Source: Obrimoposthia wandeli (Eukaryota). Taken from it: 64,000 bases of DNA. The DNA lies in the NCBI GenBank assembly GCA_977020255.1, contig CDROCS010002180.1:124001-188000 (forward strand), in the 5' to 3' direction. This document shows, piece after piece, positions 27,431-39,956 of the stretch (positions are counted from its first letter, which is position 1; every line of letters begins with the position of its first letter). A model generated the notes under the pieces. That model had not been told where the DNA came from and did no database searches. It saw only the letters and a program-made list of their open reading frames with translations. The translations under genes were made by a program, and so were the position numbers.

Positions 27431-27961
27431 TACAATCATAGCATTTTGTGCATATTGTGGGTGGGTTTCAACTACAGTATTATTTATTGTTATATCTTAT
27501 ATTGTTAAATATACATACAAGAACATGTTTGAACTTGATATTCAAAATTGTAGCGGTCAAATGTGTAAAAATCATTTAAATGATTATACCGTAACAAATA
27601 TATATTTTTGCTTTAATTTTCAAAATGACTACTATATCATTTTTGATATTTTAATTTAATTTTAGTTTTAATTTTAATTTTCAAAGTTTACGCAAAATTT
27701 GATATATGTACATAATGTCTACGTTAATTTGAAATTTGACACAAGTCCAATCTCCAGGCTGGAATACGTAAAGTGTCGGTTCTAAAACAATAGCACACAA
27801 AGCACCCCCTAGAACAAAGTACCTCTGAATATGCTTTGTATTTTCTGAGGTATTTTGTTCTTCGTTCCTTGTTCTAGAGTGGATTTGTGTGCTATTGTTT
27901 AAGAACTGACACTTTACACTTCTTACTCATTATCACGCTTTTTAGGATTCGATCCCCTTGA

Positions 27962-28260
27962 AACATCAAAAGCCAATACATACAGTCCATATCAATAAAA
28001 CTTTTATACATATCACATACGTATGTGCCGGCAGAATCTAACATCAAAAGCCAATACATATATTCCTTCATATCACATACGTATGAGCTGGCAGAATCTA
28101 ACATCAAAAGCCAATATATATATAGTTATTCATATCACATACGTATGAGCTGGCAGAATCTAACATCAAAAGCCAATACATACAGTCCATAACAATAAAA
28201 CTTTGATACATATCACATACGTATGTGCCGGCAGAATCTAACATCAAAAGTCAATACATA
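27962..28260. repeat. Minisatellite with ~55-bp conserved core and variable 60-78-bp period
   Basis: aacatcaaaagccaata at 27962, 28040, 28100, 28162 and 28240. Confidence 0.9.
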
Positions 28261-31026
28261 TATCACTTTTTTTAAATTCAAAAACTTTCCTAACAACCTT
28301 GTTCGATACTTCGATTTTTTATTCAAACTTTTAAAACCATCCATTAACAACCACTTTCATTAAGGTCATTTATTTTCTTTTTAATTATTTAAAACAATTC
28401 GTTTTTTTTCTTTTAACATATTAAAAGCTTTTTATAGACCTTCTACGCTACTTTCATTACCCACCCATCATCGTCATCCTAATTATTACTATTTAATTTA
28501 TTTTAATATTTAGTTTTATTTTATTAGATAACCACATGCTTTTTTATTATTTGGCATGTGATTATCTACATAAATCACTTCCATTCCAAAACAACGCTCT
28601 TTATTTTGTTAGAAACATTTTCTTAAAATTTCTTTGACTTAGTCCATTTTTCCCCATTTTCAAAAGGTTGTAGCCGATAGATTTTTATCTCAATATAAGT
28701 ACCTTAACAACTGTTGGATTGGTAATTGTATAGCTTTGATTTCAAACCTTCGTATTTTTTTTACTAAGACGTATCAAATCATGGTTTGTGCGATGACTTC
28801 CTTATTCATTTCTTCAAATTATCTTCTACTTGATTAATTTAATTTTTGATGGAAATGACTAATAGTAATGATAATGAGGGTTTCTTTCTTGAGTCTTGTG
28901 TACCCATATAGATTACAACAGAGGTACCATCAATTCTATAGGTGTATTTGGCTGTGATGAAATGTATTTTTCCCCTGAGGTCTAGGATCCCAACTTCCAT
29001 TTATCTAGTGGTTGGTGTGTCCTAGATTTCAGAAAATAACTTCATAACTAATTGAAATTAATCAATTCTCAACAGTTTCTGAATGCATCAAATTAACCAA
29101 TGAAAATAAAATATGTAAATATTATTCATATTGAAATACTTTTTTGTTTTTTATCTTGGATAAAGTGCAGCTTGTAACAATCATATAGTTGGAGAACATC
29201 TAAAGCATACACACAATATGCAAGTAACTTATTTTTATTTTTAATAAAATTGATTCCCCTCGATTACATTCTTTAGGGTCATGTTAAGGAAGTTGTATGA
29301 GAGTAGATTTCAGATAATAACTCATTCTACTGAATCAGCTTTATGAATATGCTAATGATATGGGTTGAGGTCTAAATTTTCTAAATATTTTTGTTTCGGT
29401 TGCTAAATTGATTTATAGGGTGTGAAAATTGATCGATTAGGTGTTGGAAATTGTGAAAACAGAGTTTTTGAATGAATATTTTTCAATTTTTTTAATGAAA
29501 TTGTAAATAAACACACAGCATTATTGACTTAAATGTTTCTTACAACCTTTCTATAAAGGCATTTCGCCCTGTATAAAATTACACTTCTGGGTGTACTGTA
29601 TATAATAAACTTCCTATTTTGATGTTACATTATAATTAAAGAAAACAGTATGATTAAGTTAAGACTCATGTCTAAACAAAAAGTAGTTCTACCTGCTCAC
29701 ACGCTTGTTTAAATGATTTAATTTATACATTAATCAATTTTATATTAAAGTAGGGAATCCTTTTGTCATTGCTTCCGTGTTTTGTATCTAGACGCGGTGT
29801 ATCGAGAATATATGTCAGTTCATCAAATCGAACCCATCATCGAGTCCGGATCAACAAAAGGAATTCATTGAGGCCGAAATTGTCAAGTTCTGTGTAGCAT
29901 TTAAACAACTCTGACCAATCAGGCTAACCTGTCTGTGTGCTTGGTGATTAAGTTGACGTTTTGTCGTTTCCTTTCTCTTCATATAAAATATCTATTATTA
30001 ATACATTCAACAACGTTTTCTTTGTTTCAGTTATCAGTCCACACTGCGACTTCTCGAGGACGTCTTAAGCATGTGAAATTGATTTCCAGAACTAATTCTC
30101 TTTGTAACAAATAACATTAAAATTAACGAATTTCAAAACATTTTAAATAAAATATGATCCATTCTTTCCAATTACCTTTGATAATATTTATAGAAGGCTT
30201 TGTGGAGCTATTTTAATGTCTTGTTCAGATAACGTATTCAATACTTTAATAATTTCATGTTAAAAGCTCAATGCTTTCATAATTATAATTTTCCGTTTAA
30301 ATTCTATTTGATGATATTCCCTAACATTGCGGTTTGGGAATTTGGTGGCCAAAATATATAATCACTATTATTTTCATCCCACTTTGAAAGAGTGTATTTT
30401 CCCACATGAGTCATGGGAATATCTTGTTGAAGGTAGAATTATGTGGCATGCTTTCTAAGATTCTCCATTAATAAATTGACGTTTTTCTAATTATTTAGAT
30501 TGACATCGATGCATGATATTTTCATATCTATCCGATATCATGTCCCATGTCATTTAAGAAATTAATAATCGGTTTAATAAGAGTACATTAAACTGGACAA
30601 TAACAATTTTGTTGATCACAATTTGAAATATGAAGCCAATTTTATTTATTCAATTGAGATAAACGTAAACTATGTATTACGCCCCTTTTGCAATGCTTGA
30701 CTTATTTAACTCCAGTCCAAAATAATGGAGGCTTGAGGCCTCCGGTGTTGCTATTTTGTATTAGGTATATGATTTGGATATACATTTGTCGTTTTTCGAT
30801 CTATTTCAATCCGATACCGATGTAAGACTGCGGTTAAACTATGTGTAGGCACGATATTAATCGCTACATACTGAATAATATTTGTAAAATATGTATTTGT
30901 AAGGTATAAAATTTGCATTAAAGCTTTAGAAAATGTTGTACTATAATGACTAAAAATATACGCGAATGGAGAAAAGTTAAAGAAAATTTATAATATAATA
31001 CACTCATAAACAGATAATTTTTTCTT

Positions 31027-31312
31027 TCTCGAGTGTTCAGGATATCATCAATGTGAGGAGTCACTTCTCCGTCTTTGTGAATTATGTTAAAGAATTCTTT
31101 TTTCAATTGGGACAGAATCTTTGTAACATTTGTTAGAAATTTGTCGCCAATATCGGAATCCAGACAATTTTCTACAATCTCTCCCAAGCCCATATTCTTC
31201 CATGCCGGATTAAAGCGTTTACCCAAATATATATGTTCACACAAATGGCATACCTCTCGCAAAGGGGCAAATTCCGGTGCTATTATCAATTGATTTTCCA
31301 TACCAGCCCAAA
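31027..31312 (-). pseudogene. 5'-truncated FCP1-like paralogue (copy B, A-type)
   Basis: GMENQLIIAPEFAPLREV...FNPAWKNMGLGEIV..CLDSD.GD.FL aligns with the copy A C-terminus; the catalytic N-terminus is absent. Confidence 0.85.
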
Positions 31313-31404
31313 AATTAATTAAAAAAATTAATTTTTCTTTTAGAAACTTCTAATGTAATCGAATATAAAAAACACATATTTTCAAAATTTTATATATGTT
31401 ATTA

Positions 31405-31634
31405 ATAAAATGATAACTCAATCCAGTAATATCGATATATATTTTCCAATTTATTTGAATGTTATAAAATGATAACTCAATCCAGTAATAACGATATATA
31501 TTTTCCAATTTATTTGAATGTTATAAAATGATAACTCAATCCAGTAATAACGATATATATTTTCCAATTTATTTGAATGTTATAAAATGATAACTCAATC
31601 CAGTAATAACGATATATATTTTCCAATTTATTTC
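31405..31634. repeat. 59-bp tandem repeat, ~4 copies
   Basis: ataaaatgataactcaatccagtaataacg... at 31405, 31464, 31523 and 31582. Confidence 0.95.
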
Positions 31635-31887
31635 AAGATTTTCAATAATATATTCGAACAATCAGTTTTATAATATGATTTTTTTGTGTTTAAGAAAATA
31701 TTGTCGTTGCTATTTATAGCAAGTGTATAGAAATGTCAACAAGAGGAAAACAGTGCCACACAAAAACAGGCAAATCACAACACCTCCATAAATACTATGT
31801 AAATAATAATAAAATGCATGGCATCATTTTGTACATGCTGACATCTCCCGGTGAATTTAGAATGGCAAAAATAATCATCTGAATCAA

Positions 31888-32250
31888 ATGTGGGTGAGAT
31901 TAGACCCATCTTGTTTTCGGGGCAAAAGTCCATGCGCGTCTGTATGTATTGATGTGTATATGTATAGACTGCACACGCGCACATCAGGCAGCACAAATTC
32001 TGCACACAGAGTGACAATCAGGACAAAATTTTGGAAGAGATGCAGACTGAGAATTCGTGTCTGTCTGCACGCAACACATGTCCATGTTCTGTTAAGGCTA
32101 CTGAGGGGAGGAATGGAAGAGGGATCACGTAGCACAGTACTCCATTTCTCTGCATCTCCACATCTGTAAGTCATGCCCACACATATGAGAGGGAAAGGGA
32201 GACGGATGCAGCAGAAAGAGAGAGGGCATCATCAGTGTTGTAACTGCATG
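31888..32250 (+). pseudogene. GC-rich island; tentative degenerate ubiquitin-like domain plus eL40-like zinc finger
   Basis: HVLLRLLRGG; alternative frame DKILEEMQT (compare GKQLEDGRT); downstream ICKSC-x10-C-x4-E-G(H). Requires several frameshifts. Confidence 0.3.
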
Positions 32251-32599
32251 TCGGGGATCCGGATGGCAGTATCTGGGCGGCAATTTCCAGTCGAATAAAA
32301 AATGACAATCTACACTCGAGATAAACTAGCCGCCTTCCTGAAGAGCCTGGCAAGGCGAAACGGGACCACCCCGTCAGAGGCTGAATTTGAAAACCTCCCA
32401 AATTGTTGGCACTTTTGATAACTTATTAAATGTCAATTTAAATTGACTTTGATTTTAATTAGTTTTAATTAAACCCAACATATATATAACAATTTAATGA
32501 ATTTTGATTAAAGTTTCTTTCTTTCAAATTTTACATCATTGTAAACATAATCAGATTTAATTTTCGATTTATATTCAAAAAATATTCAAGACTAAACTT

Positions 32600-33060
32600 T
32601 GAACTGGCCATATTGGTTTAACAATTTTTATGAAATTGTGTTTCGTACTAAGTGTTACAACAATCCCAACATAAGTATCGAACTTAACTTATTCTATTAG
32701 ATTTGCTGTTCCCACAAAATTCAACTCGTTATCCGACAACAGAAATGTTGGCCTTTCTCTTCTTCCCATGAACCTTTTAAACGCTCTGACGTATGCATCA
32801 GTGTCCAAACAATGGTAAAGGAAGAATCATAAAACTATAGGTGTAATTTTTGCGAAATATTCAAAATAGCGTAGAAGTATTATATGTGCCATGAAAGTTT
32901 AGAACATTCTTAGAGAAGTTGGTCAACGTTATTTGCTTTACAGCAGTACCGGATGAGGATGAGGTTGTCTGATCACAATTTTGGCAATTTACAGATTTGT
33001 GTGGTATTTTAGTTTACTTAGCGCATAGCAATGTTGTCTCTCTTCTGGTTCCTTTGATTC
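32600..33060 (-). mobile_element. Bel/Pao integrase fragment
   Basis: AFKRFMGRRERPTFLLSDNELNFVGTA (RFxxRRGxPxxIxSDNGTNFVGA-like). Confidence 0.75.
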
Positions 33061-33968
33061 TTTAAGTCTACATTAGTGCACTCATATAGAATTCACATGA
33101 ATCAATATAAACATTATTATAATAATCGTTTGTTCCAATTGTTTGACATCGTATTTCTTCATTTTGAGATTGTGTAAAAAACAATTTGATCTTTTCTTCC
33201 ACGTAAAATTGCTACATAATAAAAAATTATCTTGAAATACGATTAGTATCTGTTGAATTTTGAAAGATTATTAAATGTTTACGAGTAATTTTTTACAAAT
33301 CTTTTAGACTAATTTAACCACGTCTTTTAATTTATATTGTCAAACTCCTAAATTACTCGTATTATTTGACACACAATATCTTCAAAACACACCACTGACT
33401 TCAATTTCAACAATTATTAGCTTTGACTGGAAACTAAACTGCGGTATTCTCCCAGAATTATATATTATTTTAGCTCTACTCTCCTCCAATCAATTATAAT
33501 TAGTTTTGAATTCACTTTCTTTGTCTCTTTTGTTGACTACAGTATAAATCATATTCTGAAAGTTACTTACTTTAATTGGCTCTTTAATCCAATGTACTTT
33601 TAACAGGATTTTTAAAATTTTCATGATTTTGAGTTCATTTCACCTTTCTACTATCTGATGATTGAATTTTAACTATATGTGTAACAACACGCTGTCTGCA
33701 AAGTCCCTTCTCTGTTTGAAAAAGCAAAAACTCAATAATTAAGCAAGACATTTGCTCCAAATAAAATGCAAAATAATGCACAATCAATCGATGTTATTTG
33801 GACATATTGTTAATGCAATATGTATTGAAAATGAAGCCATTCTGGTACTCCACATAATGCAGCGTTTCATTTCGAAACCTTTGTTTTTCTTGAGCAGAAA
33901 TTGACTCAGAATGTTGACTCCAAGAGATACTGGAAACATGATTAAGTTGAGATTTTTTATGAAAACTC

Positions 33969-35062
33969 TTCAACGTTAATAACATCATCGTCATTTGCAC
34001 TCGGCCATGAGCTGCACGAGTTTTACTCGTTCTTTCAATGAAAACATTTCCAATCTATAAATAAGTAAAAAGCGTCACATGAGTGTATAATTTTGATGTA
34101 TTAGTTCTGTAAATATAAATTTTAATTAAATATTTTATTGCGTTTTCAAATAGGAAAGTGACTTTTATGACCTCCAGTATCATGACTATTTTAAAATTTA
34201 TTTCCGTAAAAATGTCGCCATATGCGTAATAACAATACATTTTTGGATACAAAACTACGAACATCAGAGCTAAGTTCATATATGATGTTTCAAAGTTTAG
34301 CACATTATCTGGAAACTGAGAAGTTGATCTTGATGGTGGATCTCGACGAGACACTGCTTTGCAGTGCTGATCTATTTGACCTTGACGTCGTTATCAATGA
34401 CAGGGAGGGTGTGTTTATTAGCAGAAGTGATAACCACCAGACAGTGACTGTGTTGCGTCCTTTCATGGCGGACAGTCTCTGGCAGCTCAGCCAGCATTTT
34501 GAGCTGTGGTTGGCCACAAACGGTGGACGGCAATACGCTATGAATATGTTGAAAATCATCGATCCGAATGCTGACCTATTCGGAAACCGGGTGTTGACTC
34601 GCTCGGATTTCGGGGCCAAGCAAATGAATAAGATGCAAGCAGTGGAAAGGCTTTTGCCACACGAGCTCAGGAAAATTGTTGTAGCCCTGGACGACAGACT
34701 GGACGTGTGGAGTAACTGTGAGTTTGTGCTACAGATAGCTCCGTTCTCGCCGCTGGTCAAACTGAATAGGGAGATTATGAACCGGTTTCTGAACACAAAC
34801 TATCCGGTCTTTCTGGAGCCAGTCTGGCGCCAACTGTCGCTGCAGGACAAGCTCTACCACTCTCTGAACGATGAATGCTGCAGCCAGGACAGATTCCTAC
34901 TCCATGCTACCATGAAACTAGTCAGTATGAAGTGCGCCTACTTTGATCTGGTGAGGCGTCAGCAAAACGAGCTTCCTTACGTAAGCGACTTCCTGATAAA
35001 TGTGCAATGATAATTATACATTTAGTGTACTTTCATATTTTGCCTCATTTAACTACAATTTC
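33969..35062 (+). repeat. Segmental duplicate of 46303-47396 (contains the FCP1-like gene)
   Basis: Collinear at a constant 12334-bp offset, roughly 95% identical by eye. Confidence 0.95.
34282..35010 (+). CDS. Intronless FCP1/CTDP1-like HAD phosphatase, copy C (ORF open from 34222; MMFQ start preferred)
   Basis: KLILMVDLDETL, VLRP, ATNG, IDP..LFGNRVLTR, NK, LDDRLDVW; GC-rich part begins near 34282; no BRCT. Confidence 0.9.
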   Translation: MMFQSLAHYLETEKLILMVDLDETLLCSADLFDLDVVINDREGVFISRSDNHQTVTVLRPFMADSLWQLSQHFELWLATNGGRQYAMNMLKIIDPNADLFGNRVLTRSDFGAKQMNKMQAVERLLPHELRKIVVALDDRLDVWSNCEFVLQIAPFSPLVKLNREIMNRFLNTNYPVFLEPVWRQLSLQDKLYHSLNDECCSQDRFLLHATMKLVSMKCAYFDLVRRQQNELPYVSDFLINVQ

Positions 35063-35639
35063 CTAATCTGCAATCCAATGAAATTAAATTTTGTAGACAA
35101 ATATGACACTCGCTTTAGTATATATCGTTGTCACTATTAAGCATTTACCAATAATATACAAAAGAGTTACAAATATATTTTTTTGTTTACTATCTATATT
35201 CTATTAAATGTATTGTTTCTATATTCTATTACTATTGTTAAGATTAGAAATTGATATAAAATAAAATAAATTAACTATTATAGGAAGAAAGTGAATCTTG
35301 AATAAAAGGTTAAAATTAATAAAATATTAAAATTGTTTAAGAAAATATCTAAAATAAAATTAGGACCTTGAAGAGGTCTTGTGTGTTGCTTTATGTGTAT
35401 AAATAATTTTATTAAGCGGGCAGTAGGGGGAAGTGGGTCTCAAAAAAAAATCTTAAAAATTTCAAGAAAACTTAAAACTTTCAAAAAAATAAATATTATA
35501 ATTTTAAAAAAATAAATTTTTTACAGAAAATAAAATTGTTTACAAAATTTATTATAGTTTAAAAATAATATTTAACACATAATTTTTTACAATATTTTTT
35601 AAGTTTAAAAAATATAATTTTACACAGAACTTTTATACA

Positions 35640-35811
35640 AGGAAAGAAACATTAATGAAATATTTTAAACAGACAAATAAAATTATCAAAGAAAATATTC
35701 AGAAAGGTGGAAAAGTTTTAGTATGTGGTCATTATGGAATACATACTGCTGTAGGAATTGTTATAGCCTACTTATCTCTTTCTATGTCTGTTAGTGCTGC
35801 TAATGTTTTTG
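35640..35811 (+). pseudogene. Dual-specificity phosphatase-fold fragment, STYX-like (Gly at the catalytic Cys position)
   Basis: YFKQTNKIIKENIQKGGKVLVCGHYGIHTAVGIVIAYL, compared with the STYX-type GGKVLVHGNAGISRSAAFVIAY. Confidence 0.65.
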
Positions 35812-36664
35812 CAAAGTATATTGAGGATAATTCCGCGAAAACGGCTAGTTATTCGAGAATATTATTAATTGAATGTTAATTATCTGTTTGGTAAGTTAAT
35901 AGAGAATTTAATGAAGAGAATTAACCTCCGTATTTGTAATACGCCACAAAAGCTTGTTACCTATTGTAGTAAGGCCCAATTCCGTAGGACGATGGAAATC
36001 GACACAAACGTAATAGCTGTTTTACTAAATATGCAAAATGTCGTTTTAGATCGTCCTAGTTATATTGGTCAGGCAGTTCTGGATTTACGTAAGTTAAGGA
36101 TGTATGAGCTTCAATATGTTCAATTAGAGAAATATAGATGTCAGTTTAATTGCGACATTCGAATAATTGCTGGTGACACTGACAGCTTTTTTCTAAAGTG
36201 TGGTAATGTAGATGTACAAGCTACACTGTTGCCAGCAATGATTTCGGTTGGGTTATTAGACACATCGAAATTCCCTATAAACCATTCTTTATTTACTTTA
36301 GCCAATACTGCGATAGGCAAGTTTAAGGATGAGAGTAAGGGTGTCTGTAGATATAAGTAATGGGTATTTTTACGCCCCAAATCATATAGCTTAGAAACTA
36401 TAGACGGAAAGTCCCAGGAGAGCAAAGGGAATTAGCCTTAAGCAGACTGCGCTACGCCATGCGAATTATTTAGCTGCATATATGAGTGGGGTTAGTGAAC
36501 GAGTGCAACAACAACGCATTAGTTAAATTAATCACCAGCTCTATACAGTAAATATGAGTAAGATCGCATTGAGTAGCAATGACGATAAGAGAAAATGGGT
36601 AGAGAAAAACCGGTCAATTGCATATGTACATCACCGATATCCTGATGTTTTTTCACTTGAATGA
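35812..36664 (+). pseudogene. pPolB C-terminal third (Maverick/adintovirus type)
   Basis: LFGK..EN, SYIGQAVLDL.KLRMY, AGDTDS, GKFKDE, RPKSYS, KG, ALSSNDDKR; has a stop and frameshifts. Confidence 0.95.
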
Positions 36665-36779
36665 TGGTTTTTGTATGTTTGAATTTATATGTCACAAATT
36701 TATTGTACCTAATTTTTTCTCTTTGGTTAAATAAATATTTGTATCCAATTTGTCTTTGTCTTTTCTAAAGTATAAAAAT

Positions 36780-37045
36780 TCAGTGTAAAATTTTAATTCT
36801 AAAGTATAAAATTTTAATTCTAAAGTATAAAAGTTCTGTGTAAAATTTTATTTATAAAGTTTAAAAATTCTGTGTAAAATTTTAATTCTTAAGTATAAAA
36901 TTTTAATTCTAAAGTATAAAATTTTAATTCTAAAGTATAAAAGTTCTGTGTAAAATTTTATTTATAAAGTTTAAAAATTCTGTGTAAAATTTTAATTCTT
37001 AAGTATAAAATTTTAATTCTAAAGTATAAAAGTTCTGTGTAAAGT
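36780..37045. repeat. 21-bp (aaattttaattctaaagtata) and ~110-bp higher-order subterminal repeats
   Basis: Seen directly; aagttctgtg at 36831, 36941 and 37030. Confidence 0.9.
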
Positions 37046-38247
37046 TATATTTTTAAACTATTAAAAAAATTGTAAAAATTATGTGTTAAATATTATTTTT
37101 AAAGTATAAAAAATTTTGTAAACAATTTTATTTTCTGTAAAAAAAAATTTTTTTTTAAATTATAAGATTTTTTTTTTGTTGGAAAATATTAAGTTTTTTA
37201 TCTGAAAATTTTAAGAAAATTTGATTATTAAAACAAAATTTTGACCTTGACACGTGCCGTAGTTGCCACGGCAACAATACGTACATGTGGCAAGTGCCAT
37301 GACACGTTCCATGGTGTGTACGTGCCATGACACATGACTTGTTGCTAGGGTCTTCTGGCTGACTTGCACACAGGGCGGGGGGTGAGCCAGAAGACTCACT
37401 TCCCCCTACTGGAGGCCAAGAAATAAATAGTAAGACAAAATAAAAGTAAGAAGAAAATAACTTAATTGGAAATCAGAAAATTATAATTGAAAAGACACTA
37501 AGGAAAGGAAAAAGCAGCAATTAAATGAAGCGCGTGAGAAAATCTTCACCTGGGACTAAGTGCAAATAAAAGGAAGCACTCAGACAGTGCGTAAGAAAAT
37601 TAACAGAAAAATCGCCAGCTTTAGTCGATGAGCAATATCTCTGGGCGGAGAGTGATAATGTTTGTTCGAGCGTGTGTGTGTGTTTTTTGAGTGGAAAATC
37701 TCATACACGCAGATTTTTTTCTGGCCAAGCTCATTTTAAATCTTCTCGAACAATCATCGAGCTTCTGCTGTGTCTGTGTGTTCCTAATAGTGAGGAAGTT
37801 TCCACGAAAGTCTATTAGTGGTCGTAAGGTAATTTTATATAGTACTAAGTTATTACAGAACTGTATTTGAAATTTCAGAAAATTCAATAAGAAACACAGA
37901 AGTAAATGATTGTATATAATTTGATCAAAGATTTGATTTGCGTATTAATTGGAATAATTAGGAACAAGATTTGGAAGAAGAGTAGCGTAAATTTTGATAA
38001 TTAAAATCTGATTTTTAGAACTGTATTATATTCAGAATTGAATTATCTCAAGTTAAACGGATATATATTGACAGGAGCACAAGTGAAAATTGGAAAATTG
38101 TTGGAGGAACTTGGATTACATTTTAGACCATATTATTATAATGATTTGAACCAAATCAGGATATTAATTTGAAACTGGTGAGGCTAGTAGAGATTTGATT
38201 TGCGTATTAATTGGAATAATTAGGAACAAGATTTGGAAGAAGAGTAA

Positions 38248-38469
38248 CGTATTTCGTGTATACATTTATCTTAAATTGAATTGTGAATTAACATATTTCA
38301 TGTATACATTTATCTTGAATTGTGAATTAACGAATTTCGTGTATACATTTATCTTGAATTGTGAATTAAAGAATTTCGCGTATACATTTATCTTGAATTG
38401 TGAATTAACGTATTTCATGTATACATTTATCTTGAATTGTGAATTAAAGAATTTCATGTATACATTTAT
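38248..38469. repeat. 39-bp tandem repeat, ~5.5 copies
   Basis: gtatacattt at 38258, 38302, 38341, 38380, 38419 and 38458. Confidence 0.95.
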
Positions 38470-39904
38470 ATTAAATCGTTAGACGGGTAATAAAGCACGG
38501 GGAATAAGTTGAAGGGTGATTATAGCGAAAGGCGTATAAAGGTATACACATAAAGAAAGTGTCAACCCCATTTTTATTCCGTAATAGTGTTTGGAATTTT
38601 TACTTTTTAAGTCAAATATAGTTATTTTAGAAAAATCGACCGGAAGACTTCTTTAGGACCAACTTTCTTGCGAAAGTCATTTACTCCTAAAGTATAGGCT
38701 AGCCGAGGGAGAACACACGACAAGTGCTGACAGATTCAGATGAGTATTTTCTGTGTCCAATTACCAATTACAGACCACCACACCAATCACAAAATCTTTT
38801 CACACGTAATCATAACAAACCAACTAGTGAAAACCGCCTAGAGAAGATCCAAGAAACAATTTACTAAATTTTAGACCCAACTAACACGTAACGCAACACC
38901 ACACTTTAGACACAACCATACACACGACAAAAAACCCACTCTAGAAACCTTTCACCATATCCCAACACAAATTATAATCACACACGCAACACATACGAAA
39001 ATTATGTACTATGTTATTATCACAAAACATTCGGATCCCGAGCCTACAAATGCGAAAAAAATGTGCATATTCAAAAAAACATGAAACAAGATACACCACA
39101 TTACGCTGATCTAAACACCATATTCAAAGTGCACCCTTCAAACACATCGTACAGCTTTCTTATAGACTCAGGTGCCACGATTTCATTAATACCCAAATAA
39201 ATATGCTCACAACATAAATACAGGACCCAAACGTAGCCGCAAACAATTCAAAAATTAACACATACGGCGAAACAAAGTTGAACCTCATTATAGATGCATA
39301 TCGTACCACTGGAACTTCATAATTGCAGACATCAACCAACCCATACTAGGATCAGATTTTTTAGGAAACTTCCACTTACTAACTGATTGCCACAATAAAA
39401 AAATAATATCACGACATAAACTACACACTACCAAGCTTTGCAAACCAACACAATTTAGACAACATAATTACGAAATTACACCCACAAACACTTCAACAAC
39501 CGTAAAAACTTACAAAAATAAACGCATTCCTAATTTACAAATTCAAGACCCAACAACACCCACAAAATCCACAACACAAGGAAAAACAAACACGACTACA
39601 CACAAAATAGTAACTACGGGATATCCATGCTATACAAAAATTCGACTTTTACCACCAGATAAGTTGGCAGCTGCAAAAGACACTTTCAACAACCTCATAA
39701 ATGACAACACTATCAGACCATCAGATTCACCATGATCATCAAATACACCAAAATGCCATTTGGCTTAAAAAGCTCCGCCACTTTCCATTGATTTATGGGC
39801 AACATTTTCTGAAACACAAATAACGTCATAACCTATATAGACGACATCCTAATAGTGAGCACAAACAGAACACGAAACAGACATATGCAATACCTTACTT
39901 GTAT

Positions 39905-39956
39905 TTGCATTCATACTTGCATTCACTTGCATTCACTTGCATTCACTTGCATTCAT
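39905..39956. repeat. 10-bp microsatellite (ttgcattcac)n
   Basis: About 5 copies seen directly. Confidence 0.9.

Larger units (their letters stand above)
25232..27923 (-). mobile_element. Non-autonomous mini-Maverick 1 (~1.2 kb without the nested LTR)
   Basis: AGAAGTGTAAAGTGTC at both ends in inverted orientation; flanks cactca (25226-25231) and tactca (27924-27929) match at 5/6; internal pPolB fragment. Confidence 0.85.
35422..37410 (+). mobile_element. Non-autonomous mini-Maverick 2 (~2 kb)
   Basis: AGTAGGGGGAAGTG(G/A)GTC inverted at both ends; inner AT-rich TIR portions 35495-35638 and 37022-37165 match; flanks gcgggc/ggaggc match at 4/6; pPolB fragment inside. Confidence 0.85.
35236..38720 (+). 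mobile_element. Long LTR-like sequence interrupted by mini-Maverick 2
   Basis: Starts TGTTAAGATTAG, matching the LTR start at 48078 (minus), including aggaccttgaagaggtc; resumes after 37410; 3' end uncertain. Confidence 0.55.

Noticed and set aside
27962-28260. CRISPR-like array
   Set aside because: The core is ~55 bp, the linkers are short and related to one another, there are no cas genes, and the context is eukaryotic.
34055-34796. Minus-strand ORFs overlapping copy C (likewise 46389-47094 for D and 23684-24087 for A)
   Set aside because: Antisense shadows of the phosphatase CDS with no independent motifs.
38195-38482. Repetitive ORFs (also 47341-47583, 27892-28107, 49372-49845)
   Set aside because: Open frames are by-products of tandem or low-complexity repeats whose unit lengths are often multiples of three.
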